Source of the DNA: Euryarchaeota archaeon UBA171 | GTDB lineage: Archaea > Thermoplasmatota > Poseidoniia > Poseidoniales > Thalassarchaeaceae | Reading direction: 5' to 3' | Assembly (NCBI GenBank): GCA_002497295.1 | Contig: DANO01000039.1 | Span: 16,405-80,404, forward strand | DNA: 64,000 bases | Part shown: piece by piece, positions 1 through 10,639 of the stretch | Layout of the letters: each line of letters starts with the position of its first letter | Position numbering within the stretch: position 1 is the stretch's first letter | The notes under the pieces: model-generated | The model's input: the letters and a program-made list of their open reading frames with translations, nothing else | What the model was told of the DNA's origin: nothing | Database searches by the model: none | Program-made: the position numbers and the translations under genes

Positions 1-772
1 GCTCCTCCCATCCTGCATCATCTTCTAGTGCGATCTTTGAAAGTCGCCTAGCCTTTTCTTCCAGACCCCTTCGAGCAAGATCAACGGATGTCCAGAATGC
101 TATTTCGGGAATCTCTACCCGTACTGACTCGTCATAATTTCTAGATTCTAAATTCGCATATGCATTATGCAAATCTAGTAATCTCTCAATCTCTAACAAC
201 GGTTGTGGGTGATCATCCACTCTCACATCGACTAATACGTCCTTCCATGGCCGGTTGCTCGGCTCGGAGTTGACAACCAATATCCTTGATGATTGCATCC
301 CCCTGATGTCGCCTCCCTCCTCCTGGGCAGCCTTGAGGGACTCTAGCATTCTTTGTGCTAAATCGCCACTGGATTTGACAAACCTGTCATGCATACTTTT
401 CCAAACCGAGGCACTCCACATCATGTTAGCCTGACAAGCAACCCCGTCGCCAGCAATATGACCAGCCTCGGGAATGGTTTTCCCGCCTGTGTGGATAGCC
501 ACTTGCCCGCTTGAATCGACCATTGCAACTTGTCTTATTTCAGGAGAATCATCTAAAGACATCCTGTATTCTAGTGCATCTTTAGCGGATTTTCCTTGCT
601 CCATCTGATCTAGGCCCAATGGTCCATGATCAATCATAGTCATTGCTTGTGTTGCTACGGCACCGACCCCAGACTTCGCCCAACAAACTATTCCTGATGC
701 AAACCAATGAGATTGTACTGCGACACCAAGATTACCAGTTTCTTGACATCTCGCGACTATTGAATAAGTCAT
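1..772 (-). CDS. DUF1028 family protein (Ntn-hydrolase-like), runs off the window start
   Basis: Not in the ORF track; translated by hand from ATG 772: MTYSIVARCQETGNLGVAVQSHWFASG..VGAVATQA..RQVAMVD..HTG..QANMM..GGDIRGMQS..DVRVDDHPQPLLEIERLL, a typical DUF1028 pattern. Confidence 0.85.
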   Translation of the reverse strand, partial: MTYSIVARCQETGNLGVAVQSHWFASGIVCWAKSGVGAVATQAMTMIDHGPLGLDQMEQGKSAKDALEYRMSLDDSPEIRQVAMVDSSGQVAIHTGGKTIPEAGHIAGDGVACQANMMWSASVWKSMHDRFVKSSGDLAQRMLESLKAAQEEGGDIRGMQSSRILVVNSEPSNRPWKDVLVDVRVDDHPQPLLEIERLLDLHNAYANLESRNYDESVRVEIPEIAFWTSVDLARRGLEEKARRLSKIALEDDAGWEE

Positions 773-773
773 T

Positions 774-1250
774 TTAACGCCCTATTGAAGTCGAGTCTAT
801 CCCGCCCATCTGACATACTATCCTGAAGTGTTCCTCTTCAACTGGCTGAACAGATAGCCGCTGCCCCCTAGCTAGGAGAGCCATTCCTTCTAGATCTCCA
901 TTTTGCCGTAGCTCATCGAGCGAAACTGCCTTCATTTCCGCCACAGGAGCAATGTCGACCATGAACCATCTTGGTGATTCAGGAGTGGATTTTTCATCCC
1001 TATATTTCGAATTGGAATCCCATGAGGTGTGATCGGGATATCCTTCTCTGACAACCTCCGCAACTCCTGCAACATGTGGGGGCTTGCAGTTTGAATGGTA
1101 GTACAGAACTAAATCACCAATCTTCATCGAGTCCCTCATGAAATTCCTAGCTTGGTAATTCCTAACTCCATCCCAGTGGGTTTTACCATCTTCTACTAGT
1201 TTGCTCCACGGATACACGTCCAATTCACTCTTCATCAACCAACTCGCCAT
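774..1250 (-). CDS. EVE domain protein (PUA-like nucleic-acid binder)
   Basis: WLMKSE..WDGVRNYQARNFMR..GDLVLYYHS..RLSVQPV signature. Confidence 0.92.
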   Translation of the reverse strand: MASWLMKSELDVYPWSKLVEDGKTHWDGVRNYQARNFMRDSMKIGDLVLYYHSNCKPPHVAGVAEVVREGYPDHTSWDSNSKYRDEKSTPESPRWFMVDIAPVAEMKAVSLDELRQNGDLEGMALLARGQRLSVQPVEEEHFRIVCQMGGIDSTSIGR

Positions 1251-4195
1251 CACCACGCCTCCTTAGCTTCGTACACTGGTATCTGAGGCTCATTGTCGCT
1301 TGATTTAGAACGTCCGCCAGATATCTTCAGTATCATCGAGTTAGAACCACCTGTGAGAGGTATCCCCGATTTTACCAAGAATGAGTATATGGCGGGAAGC
1401 AGGAGAAGTGCAGAAAGAGCGGCAACCACTAGGAGGATGATTATCACAGTGATGAACGGCTTGATTGCAGGTATGGGTATCAGATACGCACACGTCATGC
1501 CAGCAGCAGTTACTATCGTCGCTTCGAATAGGCTCAAACCAGTGCTTGCACATGATGCTTCTATAGCTTCTATACTCCCGCCCAATTTCTTTACACGATT
1601 GGCAATATGTATGGAAAAGTCAACCCCGACGCCGACAAGTATCGAACCAATCATGACCGTAACCAGGGATAGTGAAACATTGCCAGAGTCCATCACAAGC
1701 CATTGCATCCCCACGGTGAATCCCACTGGAACCGTTGTGAGTAATGCGAATCTTAAGTCCCTGAATACTAACCCCAGTGTAATCACTGTAAACAGTAGTG
1801 CGAATCCCAAGGAGCTCCACTGCGAGCCCACAATTAACTCATTCACTTCTATCGTGATGGACGCAACCCCGACTAGCGGGGTCGATGTCAAAGCTCCTGA
1901 TGTATCTTGACTAGCATAGAGATCGATCTGCTCTGTTGCTGATTTCGTACGCTGAACGTCCATGAAAGGCATATCAATGTATATCAGACTGGATTGAAAA
2001 TCTGGAGCGATGAAGAACTCCCTCATCTCAAGAGACAGGCTGTTGTAGAAAACGTAGATTAGGAAATTCTGTGCCTGAACGCCTCCGGCTTCCTGCGCGT
2101 CAAGAAGATCAAGTGCACCCCAGAAAGATACATTTCCGTTCCGGCTGTTATTGAACAGTATATCTGAAATCTGGTCAACAGGCTCATTAATCGGGTCAGG
2201 AAGTGGAAGATCGTCTATAGTATCATCAATTGGTGTTCCAGAGACATTGATACCAACTGCTATGGCCTTCATCAGGAAGACTACAGATAACGCAGTTGTG
2301 CTTTCCACAAGATTGCACTTGGACTCTAACTCCTCCATCCCTTCGAGATTTGCATATGGATCTCCAAGTAGCACCGGGTCGCTGAACAATGAGGGGTTCG
2401 CAGATATATCGGCTTCCACGAGTAGGAAGCCGGGTTGACCCCCATCGAATTCGTCGGAATATGTTCCAAGTTTTTCAACTGCAGCAACGGTTTCTGGGGC
2501 CATCTCAAGCAAATCAATATTTTCTTCGACATTGGTCCTGCTGTACCCTGCGGATATGAGGACGAATACTAGGAAGACTGTGAGTGTAATTTTACTCCAT
2601 TTAGTCGGAACCCCCACACTCGCTGTGAAAATCCTGGGAGGTGGATGTGACGGTTTCTTCAAGTCCAAAATCATGGTTAAATTCGGGACCATCAGCATCG
2701 TCATGATGTAAACGATTACTATGCCCATAGCTAGACACCAACCCACTGTTTGTATGGGGGCCATGGGTGTGAAAGTAAGGGAGATGAATCCAATTATCGT
2801 AGTTATCGCCGAGAGTAAAACTGCACGTCCGGTCGAATCAAGAGCTGTTTTGATTTTTTCTTTTGGCGTACCTTTGGACTCCGCGTAGCTATTGGTTATG
2901 TGTAACCCGTATGAGACGCCTAGAGCTAACACTATCGGGCCTACAATAATCACCGTCATCGTGACCTCGTAATTCGTAAACCCGATTACCCCCATCGTAA
3001 TGAATACTGAACACAATGTCGGGAGGCCGGATATGATGACGACCTTTACGCCTTGCACGAATCGGATCCTTCCTGTCTGAAGTAGGTCGCAGTGGAAGAA
3101 AAACAAGGATAGTGCAACCGCTATCCCCCCTACTGGGAAAACTTGCCAGAATAATTTGAATGACTCTTCGGTAACGGCATTTGTAAGTGGAACAGGGCCA
3201 GTCAGGGTCATCTTAAGATTGAGGCATCTTTCCCCGTCTGTTGAATTCGCATCCTCGATACATTCAGACTCATCACTATTCCAGTTATTTTCGTTTGCAA
3301 TTTCAGATATTATACCCTGGGTCCTTTCAATGAGTTCAGAGACAGAGGAGTCTGCAACCCCATCTCCATCTCTATCGATATCATCCGCGACGCCTATTAT
3401 GATTACAGCCCGATTCCAATAGCCGGCCTTCTCAGCTTCCTTTATTCCGTCCCCATTAGAATCCCTACCCACGTCACGAACTAATTTGTCAAGGGCGTTT
3501 TGAGGCATTTCATCGAGAATCTGGTCTACTCTTTGCTGCTCATCGGGTATGTCGTAATTGCCTAGAAAATCCTCATTTTGAGATAATGTGGCATTTATTG
3601 ATTCTGCAAGTTCTTCATTCCCTATTGCGGTAGCTATGCCGGATCCAAAAGAACTGATAACGCGCCCTGCACTGGAATTAACCTCCTTTACAACTGTAGA
3701 TATGGATAATGCGTAAATGATATCGTCGTTCTGCCCATTGTCGTCCCTATTCGTATTTAGTCCACGTTCGACACGATCCATCTCTTCCAGAATTCGAACG
3801 GTTGTAATGTTGTAATCCTCTGATTCAACGTATATTATCATCACATTTGTAGTCCAAGTTTCTTCAACTCTGTACAGATTCTGGCTAACATCTGAACCTT
3901 GTGGCAAGTAAACTTCCAAATCGCCATTGACATTCATCGACGCGTCTTCATCACACCATGACGGATTGTAACCGTCTCTACAATCATTGATGCCGGAATG
4001 CATTATGAAAAACCCAGTAACGATTAGACACAGTACAACGGTTACTACTGGGGCTTTGATTAGTATGTCGCTTGTATCTATCCCGTCAAAACCCTGCCCT
4101 TTTTTTCCCGACTTTGTCTTACGGAGCGACTCGGCCTTCTCAGAAACACCTTCCAACGCTTTCTTCGCGCGCTGCAGGGCCCCGCGAGTCGTCAT
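1250..4195 (-). CDS. MMPL/RND family membrane transporter
   Basis: Two repeated TM blocks with large extracytoplasmic loops; LGVSYGLHI and GVGVDFSIH motifs; likely start ATG 4195. Confidence 0.85.
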   Translation of the reverse strand: MTTRGALQRAKKALEGVSEKAESLRKTKSGKKGQGFDGIDTSDILIKAPVVTVVLCLIVTGFFIMHSGINDCRDGYNPSWCDEDASMNVNGDLEVYLPQGSDVSQNLYRVEETWTTNVMIIYVESEDYNITTVRILEEMDRVERGLNTNRDDNGQNDDIIYALSISTVVKEVNSSAGRVISSFGSGIATAIGNEELAESINATLSQNEDFLGNYDIPDEQQRVDQILDEMPQNALDKLVRDVGRDSNGDGIKEAEKAGYWNRAVIIIGVADDIDRDGDGVADSSVSELIERTQGIISEIANENNWNSDESECIEDANSTDGERCLNLKMTLTGPVPLTNAVTEESFKLFWQVFPVGGIAVALSLFFFHCDLLQTGRIRFVQGVKVVIISGLPTLCSVFITMGVIGFTNYEVTMTVIIVGPIVLALGVSYGLHITNSYAESKGTPKEKIKTALDSTGRAVLLSAITTIIGFISLTFTPMAPIQTVGWCLAMGIVIVYIMTMLMVPNLTMILDLKKPSHPPPRIFTASVGVPTKWSKITLTVFLVFVLISAGYSRTNVEENIDLLEMAPETVAAVEKLGTYSDEFDGGQPGFLLVEADISANPSLFSDPVLLGDPYANLEGMEELESKCNLVESTTALSVVFLMKAIAVGINVSGTPIDDTIDDLPLPDPINEPVDQISDILFNNSRNGNVSFWGALDLLDAQEAGGVQAQNFLIYVFYNSLSLEMREFFIAPDFQSSLIYIDMPFMDVQRTKSATEQIDLYASQDTSGALTSTPLVGVASITIEVNELIVGSQWSSLGFALLFTVITLGLVFRDLRFALLTTVPVGFTVGMQWLVMDSGNVSLSLVTVMIGSILVGVGVDFSIHIANRVKKLGGSIEAIEASCASTGLSLFEATIVTAAGMTCAYLIPIPAIKPFITVIIILLVVAALSALLLLPAIYSFLVKSGIPLTGGSNSMILKISGGRSKSSDNEPQIPVYEAKEAW

Positions 4196-4314
4196 GGCCG
4201 TTGAGCGCGGCAGTAACTGCTTCAATACGACGGATGTTTTGGGTACCTTTACCCGTTTAAGACGATGAATGACAATCGTCAAGTGCATTGCACTAGGCCC
4301 AAGGCTGAAGAAAT

Positions 4315-6768
4315 ATGGGCGAGGCGCGGTTTGAGGATAAGAGATGGTCAGTTGACCTCGAGCATAAAATCCTTGATCAGCTCGACAAATCTTCGTCTAA
4401 ATCCCAATTCTCCTTCAATCCGTCATCTGAACGGGAGATATTCGTAATTGACACTCCGCCGCCCTATCCGAGTGGCACTTGGCACATCGGTGCTGTCGCT
4501 CAATACAGCATGATAGATGTCATCGCGAGGAGTCAAAGGCTCCTCGGAAAAGAAGTGTATTTTCCATGGGGAGTAGATAGAAACGGCATCAATATCGAAT
4601 TCACAGTTGAGCGGAAACATAATCGAAAAATGCGCACTTTCGATCGTGCTGATTTTATTGATGAATGCCGAATTACAATAGATGAGTACACTGATGCAAT
4701 GCGAAAAACTGCGAGAAGGGTCGGACTCTCATGTGACTTCGATAAGCAGTACCTGACGGACTCTCCGGAATATAGGTCGGTAACTCAATCAATCTTCGTC
4801 GATCTATTGTTGAAAGGGAATATTGTAGAAGATCTAAGGCCTAACCTCTATGATCCAGTCGAGGGGACAACCATCGCCGATGCGGAGGTTACGAGAGTAT
4901 CAAGAGCAACCAGACTAGTCCACGTGGAATGGTCAACTGAAGATGGTCAGAAAGTCATCATATCCACTACAAGACCTGAATTAATCTGTGCTTGTGGTGT
5001 TGTTTTAGTTCATCCGGAGGATGATAGGTACACGCATTTACACGGAAAGAGGATTTCTCTCCCCATGCCAGTGAATGGCCGTGCAGAATCGGTGGAAATT
5101 ATAGCACATCCTTCGGTAAAAATGGACTTCGGATCAGGAGTTCTTATGGTGTGTAGCTATGGTGATCAAAATGACGTGGCGGTGTTCAGAGAACTTGGTC
5201 TAGATCCCTATCAAGCCATCGATTTAGATGGTAGAATGACGGATATTTCCGGACCTCTCTCTGGCATGACTGTGATGGAAGCTAGAAATGAGGCTGTGGA
5301 ACTTCTTGGGAGGAAGGATAAAATTGATTCAATTGAAGACCGGGATCAGGAGATTCCCGTTAGCGAAAGGGGCGGCAATCCCATCGAGATTATACTATTG
5401 AAAGAGTGGTATGTGAAACAAGTAGGTATACAGGATCGACTAGAGGAACTAGTCGATAAAATCCGCTTTGTACCGGAGCGTAACAAGCAGTTACTACTTG
5501 ATTGGATGCAGGGTATAAGCATAGACTGGCCAATCAGCAGGAGGCGTTGGTATCATACCGAGATACCCATATGGTATTCCGAGGACGGGGAAACAATAGT
5601 CGTCCCTCCAAGTGGTACCTATGTGAGGCCATGGTGTGAAAATCCCCCGCCAGGTTCAGTTGCAATAAACCGATCTACGAGAGAGGAACTCGGGAAATAT
5701 GAGAATCTCGATCTTGGAGAGCTTGTCGGTGAGGGCAAGGTCTTCGATACCTGGATGGACTCTTCAAATTCAAATCTGTTTGTCTCTGGATACGGGGGGG
5801 ATGATTCTAATTTCATGAGAGCCTTTCCAACTGCGTTAAGGCCGCAGGGAAAGGAGATCGTAAGAACTTGGCTCTATTACACGATGCTCAAGAGCGCCCA
5901 TCTACTGGACTCGCCCGCGTTTCAGACTGTTTGGATCGACGGACTTGGAATGGATCCGTGGGGCAGAAAGATGTCTAAATCTTGGGGCAATGGGATTGAC
6001 GCAGATTCGGTCCTTGATTGCGGTCTCGGGGGAAGAACGGGTTCATGGCAGATAAGAGGGCCGGATGGAAAATCAGTTAAGCTCAAGGCTAACAAAATTG
6101 GGTCTGAGTGTTTCAGACTCTGGAAAGCAGCTGAAGCCCAGGTCGGTGACGATTTTCACATTAATCCCGAGGAAATCGAATCAAAATATTTCGGAGTGCT
6201 GACTAAGATATTCAACGTTGCAAGATTCGCTAGTCAGTTCAAATCTCCAGGGTCCATGCCCCCCAACCTCTCTAATGCTGATATGTGGATACTATCGGAG
6301 TATGACAGAATGAGGGAAAGCACTGAAAGGCATTGGTCGGAGATTGACATATATTCTGCAACACAAGCAGTGAAGACATTCCTAACTGGAGTATTCCCCA
6401 GTCATTGGATGGAAATGGCGAAGAGCAGACTCTACGACGACGATCCCAGTGCGGCGTGGACGCTTCACACAGTTCTTTCAGGTTCTCTTGCCATATTCTC
6501 CCCCGTATGTCCGTTGTTTTGTCACCACTTATCCGGAGTATTGTACGGCAAAAGTACGATGTACGAAAATGAATACCCGCGATCACCCGGAGTCACAATC
6601 AATTCTAGCGATTCAGTCACGAAATCGATGATGCAGTTTAACGCTGAGATATGGAGAACTAAGAAGGAAAGGAACCTATCCCTAAAGTCCCCCCTCGAAG
6701 ATGTTTCAATACCCTATGAATTAGAAGACTATGCCATCGATCTTCAGAAGATGCATTCACTGGTCTAA
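4315..6768 (+). CDS. valS: Valine--tRNA ligase, archaeal type
   Basis: IDTPPPYPSG.WHIGA, TTRPE, DWPISR, DTWMDSS, RPQG.EI.RTW and KMSKS motifs. Confidence 0.95.
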   Translation: MGEARFEDKRWSVDLEHKILDQLDKSSSKSQFSFNPSSEREIFVIDTPPPYPSGTWHIGAVAQYSMIDVIARSQRLLGKEVYFPWGVDRNGINIEFTVERKHNRKMRTFDRADFIDECRITIDEYTDAMRKTARRVGLSCDFDKQYLTDSPEYRSVTQSIFVDLLLKGNIVEDLRPNLYDPVEGTTIADAEVTRVSRATRLVHVEWSTEDGQKVIISTTRPELICACGVVLVHPEDDRYTHLHGKRISLPMPVNGRAESVEIIAHPSVKMDFGSGVLMVCSYGDQNDVAVFRELGLDPYQAIDLDGRMTDISGPLSGMTVMEARNEAVELLGRKDKIDSIEDRDQEIPVSERGGNPIEIILLKEWYVKQVGIQDRLEELVDKIRFVPERNKQLLLDWMQGISIDWPISRRRWYHTEIPIWYSEDGETIVVPPSGTYVRPWCENPPPGSVAINRSTREELGKYENLDLGELVGEGKVFDTWMDSSNSNLFVSGYGGDDSNFMRAFPTALRPQGKEIVRTWLYYTMLKSAHLLDSPAFQTVWIDGLGMDPWGRKMSKSWGNGIDADSVLDCGLGGRTGSWQIRGPDGKSVKLKANKIGSECFRLWKAAEAQVGDDFHINPEEIESKYFGVLTKIFNVARFASQFKSPGSMPPNLSNADMWILSEYDRMRESTERHWSEIDIYSATQAVKTFLTGVFPSHWMEMAKSRLYDDDPSAAWTLHTVLSGSLAIFSPVCPLFCHHLSGVLYGKSTMYENEYPRSPGVTINSSDSVTKSMMQFNAEIWRTKKERNLSLKSPLEDVSIPYELEDYAIDLQKMHSLV

Positions 6769-7724
6769 GACTCGAACTCAGATAAGATCAGATTTACGAT
6801 TTCCATTCCTATCCGCTTCTGAGACTCTACAGTAGCTGCTCCGATGTGGGGCGTTGAAGTCACGTTAGTGTGTGATGATAGGGCGGGATTACCCTCCGGC
6901 TCATTTTCGAAAACATCTATGCCAAGACTTCTGATATGGCCCGAATCTAGCATTCTATGCGCATCTGACTCGTTCAATATGCCTCCCCTAGCACAATTCA
7001 CAATATGCCTCCCACAGACTGTTCCATCAGGGGAGACATCCGGCATAAGTTGAATCAAATCAAAATTCACCATCCCGCGTGTCGATTCGGTCAATGCACA
7101 ATGTATGCTTATGTGCGTACAAGACGAGAAGAGGGATTCTACAGAGTCGTGTATGATTACGTCGGAGTTCTTTGCGAGATCCTTTTCGAGAAATGGGTCG
7201 AAGACATGCACAGTCATCCCCAGTGACTTAGCTACCACCGCAACTCCTCTCGATATCCTCCCGTATCCAACTAGCCCCAAATTCTTGCCTGATAACTCAG
7301 TACCCGTTGAGTTCTTCTTTGCCCATATTGTGGAACGCATCGCTCTATCTGCTCGGGATATGTTCCTGACCCCTGTGAGGAGGTGGCCGATGGTGAACTC
7401 TACGACTGCCTTGGTAGAGGCAGTAGGCGTGTTCTTCACCAATATCCCATATTCTGAGGCCTTTCCCAAATCGATATTGTCCAACCCTACCCCTGCTCTG
7501 ACTATGAGTCGAATACATGAATCCGGAGACATATTTGCTGCAAGCACTTCAGAATCAATTTTCGTGGCCGATCTGATGATTATGGCATGATATCCGGATA
7601 TCGCCCCTCCTAACAATTCGTCTCTTTCGAAGTGTATCAGATCCACATGATGCCCCTTCTCTAGAAGTATTTTGACGCATTCAGGATCGAGCCCGTCCGT
7701 AGCGAGTACCCTTGCCATGGGCAT
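6765..7724 (-). CDS. D-isomer-specific 2-hydroxyacid dehydrogenase (SerA-like, no ACT domain)
   Basis: RAGVGLDNID, GYGRIS, VNCARGG, DVFENEP and TPHIGAAT motifs. Confidence 0.85.
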   Translation of the reverse strand: MPMARVLATDGLDPECVKILLEKGHHVDLIHFERDELLGGAISGYHAIIIRSATKIDSEVLAANMSPDSCIRLIVRAGVGLDNIDLGKASEYGILVKNTPTASTKAVVEFTIGHLLTGVRNISRADRAMRSTIWAKKNSTGTELSGKNLGLVGYGRISRGVAVVAKSLGMTVHVFDPFLEKDLAKNSDVIIHDSVESLFSSCTHISIHCALTESTRGMVNFDLIQLMPDVSPDGTVCGRHIVNCARGGILNESDAHRMLDSGHIRSLGIDVFENEPEGNPALSSHTNVTSTPHIGAATVESQKRIGMEIVNLILSEFES

Positions 7725-7792
7725 GCTCTTGTCTATGAGTCAGTTATTGTTGCCCTCGACATATTGATTTATCAGTCTCCGTAGCGTACCTC

Positions 7793-8401
7793 ATGACCTT
7801 TCAACTGCCTGACCTTAATTACGCATACGATGCCTTGGAACCACACCTCGATGCCTTGACCATGGAGATACATCATTCGAAGCATCATGCAGGTTACACC
7901 GCTAAGTTGAACGCTGCAATCAGCGGCACCGAATTGGAGGGCTCTAGCATAGAGGATATCCTGTCTGTGTGTGCTGATTCTCCAGGTATCAGAAACAACG
8001 GTGGCGGATATTGGAACCATTGCTTTTTCTGGGAGTCCATGAGTCCGAACAGCACATCAGCAGAACCGTCTGGCTCTCTTTCTGAAGCCATTGATTCCGC
8101 ATTCGGCTCATTTGAGGAGTTTAAGTCAGAATTCAAGAAGGCAGCACTCACTAGGTTTGGTTCCGGATGGGCCTGGCTCTGTATGGGCGATAATGGACTC
8201 ACCATCTGCAGTACGCCCAATCAAGATAATCCTCTAATGAACATAGGTGGATGCGGGGATTCGCCTATATTGGGAATAGATGTCTGGGAACACGCATACT
8301 ACAAGAAATTCGGACCCGGCCGTGGCGATTACGTCGATGCTTGGTGGAACGTCGTGAATTGGGCCGTCGTCGAGGATAGGTTCAACTCAGCATCCCAGTG
8401 A
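7793..8401 (+). CDS. sod: Fe/Mn superoxide dismutase
   Basis: HHSKHH, NNGGGYWNH, FGSGWAWL, DVWEHAYY. Confidence 0.97.
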   Translation: MTFQLPDLNYAYDALEPHLDALTMEIHHSKHHAGYTAKLNAAISGTELEGSSIEDILSVCADSPGIRNNGGGYWNHCFFWESMSPNSTSAEPSGSLSEAIDSAFGSFEEFKSEFKKAALTRFGSGWAWLCMGDNGLTICSTPNQDNPLMNIGGCGDSPILGIDVWEHAYYKKFGPGRGDYVDAWWNVVNWAVVEDRFNSASQ

Positions 8402-9438
8402 CGCATCACGTGGCCTCGGACTCCGGTGACATCTTCTCCGCGGTACTAATCCTAATCATCCCCGTTCTTCTCACGGTCCCTCTCAGGGTTCTCTGGTCGT
8501 GGTGGATTGGCAACGAACCAGAGCATCTGCACTATCGCGAACGCTTTACTTCTGTTATCGACTCGGGCTTTCCGATCAAGAATTTCCGTCAAGAGTTGGA
8601 TAGAACGGCTCGCCAATATGATATCGATTTAGAACGTCAAACCAGAATCGAAACAGATATGCTACATCCTCTCGACATGAGGCATTTCTTGCTTGTACCT
8701 TCCTTGGTTGTATGGCCAATCCTGAGTATACCAGCTGGATTCGTATTCCTCCCTCTTCTCCCAGTAACTAGATTTTTCGAATATATCTTGATTGAGAAAA
8801 AGGTACTCTTACTGGTTCTGAGGATCGTAAAGAAAGCAACCGGTTGGGACGTAGTCTGGATAGATAGGCCGGGAGACCCCACCCGCCCACCGGAACCTGT
8901 TATCGCTGCGATACACCGCCTCCCCATAACTGTCCTCTTAGGTGTATTCGCCTACCTCATCGTATCATATCTGTCGGTTTCCTTCAACCTCATCGCTGCC
9001 ATAACGGTCGGAGTCTATGTCATCTTAGTAGCTGCGATATCCATCATAAGAGCAGCCACCAGTGGATCGCTCGTATTCATGGATGCTAGAAACCGTCGTA
9101 TGATTCCTGCGGATAGTTTCGTCGAACAGCTAATCGGACCGTGGGTGGGGGTCGGACTTGTCTTCCTCTTATCAAGACAAATCGCTCTCTCATCAACAAT
9201 CAGGACTGGGGCCCTTTCCGATCCTTCTTATTTTGCGATGACTGTGGTCCTGGTCTTGTATATCGCCACAATAATCGGTATCTCTCTGGAGCTGTCTTTC
9301 TTCAGAACGCGAGGTAGAGTTGTTGAGTCCGCTTTCGAAGAGCAGGTTGAGAACCACATGGATCCGGATGAGTATAGGTTCATACGTCATCTGGGAACTT
9401 ATCAACTAGTAGACTCGGATAATCAGAATGCAGAATGA
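8398..9438 (+). CDS. Hypothetical multi-pass membrane protein
   Basis: 346-aa ORF with several hydrophobic segments; GTGA overlap with the sod stop. Confidence 0.7.
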   Translation: MTHHVASDSGDIFSAVLILIIPVLLTVPLRVLWSWWIGNEPEHLHYRERFTSVIDSGFPIKNFRQELDRTARQYDIDLERQTRIETDMLHPLDMRHFLLVPSLVVWPILSIPAGFVFLPLLPVTRFFEYILIEKKVLLLVLRIVKKATGWDVVWIDRPGDPTRPPEPVIAAIHRLPITVLLGVFAYLIVSYLSVSFNLIAAITVGVYVILVAAISIIRAATSGSLVFMDARNRRMIPADSFVEQLIGPWVGVGLVFLLSRQIALSSTIRTGALSDPSYFAMTVVLVLYIATIIGISLELSFFRTRGRVVESAFEEQVENHMDPDEYRFIRHLGTYQLVDSDNQNAE

Positions 9439-10199
9439 ATGGTTGATATCTCCACATCCATGCCCTTGTGATTAATCACGCCGTCCAAAACACCTTCATC
9501 GGCAATAGCATGTGCAAAAGAATCCACAAAAGGCGTGAAAATCTTCAATTTACCATCTTCAGTGATTAAGCGCCCCATATCCAGTGCAGCCTCGGATCTT
9601 ATCCTGACGAGCCTCTTTGTTACGGGGTTCCTGGAATCTAGCCTAGCATGTATCTCCTGCCCAGGATAGCATCCATTTTCCAGCTTAACGAAATCTGATA
9701 GACCAATTTCATGAGGCAGATACCTCCCTCCTAGATGATACTCCGTTAACCCTCCTTGTGCCAGTGCAAAATGCAGTAACGAGAGATTTGTGGACTCCTC
9801 ACCTCCCTCGTCCGATGAAATTCTGATTCTGAAATTACTTTCAATTCCAATTCCTCGTATGAGAATTCCATCACTATGGCCAGAGCCTCTCTCATCTTGG
9901 ATGAATCTTGCAATTACAAGAGACGCGTCTCTGACTGAACCGCCCTTCTTACTCAGATTTCTTGCTATTGCAGAGAGATAGTCCGGTTTCCCTCTACATA
10001 GATGGAGCAATATCAACCCGGCCTCATCGTGAATAACGTATGGAGCATCAATAGTTCTTCCAACCGGATCGCATATTACGGCCCTAGATATCGACCCAGG
10101 CGGATATGGCTTAATTTTCACAGTAGAAATAGAAGACAGGACATCTTCAATTCCATCTCCCTCGAGAAGGGTCGTTGGGCGCGAGTCTTCTATATTCAT
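9423..10199 (-). CDS. YgfZ/Iba57-like (GcvT family) protein
   Basis: GCYPGQEIHAR matches the KGC(Y/F)xGQE signature; the rest is divergent; likely start ATG 10199. Confidence 0.75.
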   Translation of the reverse strand: MNIEDSRPTTLLEGDGIEDVLSSISTVKIKPYPPGSISRAVICDPVGRTIDAPYVIHDEAGLILLHLCRGKPDYLSAIARNLSKKGGSVRDASLVIARFIQDERGSGHSDGILIRGIGIESNFRIRISSDEGGEESTNLSLLHFALAQGGLTEYHLGGRYLPHEIGLSDFVKLENGCYPGQEIHARLDSRNPVTKRLVRIRSEAALDMGRLITEDGKLKIFTPFVDSFAHAIADEGVLDGVINHKGMDVEISTIHSAF

Positions 10200-10203
10200 A
10201 CCA

Positions 10204-10554
10204 TCAACCAAACGACTGCCCACAGCCGCAAGATTTGTCTGCATTAGGATTTGTAATCTGGAAACCACCGCCCATCAGCGTATCCTTGTAGTCTAGTACA
10301 ATTCCATTAAGGAGATCGGAATCCCTGTCATGTATCATGATGGTTCTTCCTCCGACGGATATGGATTGATAGCCCTCTTCATCGGGCCTATCTACAATCT
10401 TCATGTCATACAGATAGCCCGAGCATCCCCCAGACTCTGCAGATATCACAAGTACGGACCCTTCTCCATCATCAGACATGGATTTCTCTATGGCTGACTT
10501 TGCAGTCTCGGTGACATCTATTTTCACCTCTACGACATCGACTTCCACGGCCAT
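10204..10554 (-). CDS. A-type Fe-S carrier (IscA/HesB/ErpA family)
   Basis: GGCSGYLY and NPNA.KSCGCGQSF motifs; likely start ATG 10554. Confidence 0.93.
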   Translation of the reverse strand: MAVEVDVVEVKIDVTETAKSAIEKSMSDDGEGSVLVISAESGGCSGYLYDMKIVDRPDEEGYQSISVGGRTIMIHDRDSDLLNGIVLDYKDTLMGGGFQITNPNADKSCGCGQSFG

Positions 10555-10639
10555 CGGCAGACCGAGTCCGCTCCCGCCTATCAGCCCCATGTGTCTCTGT
10601 CGGTCTGTTGATATTTGAACCCGTCCAGGGATATCTGGC

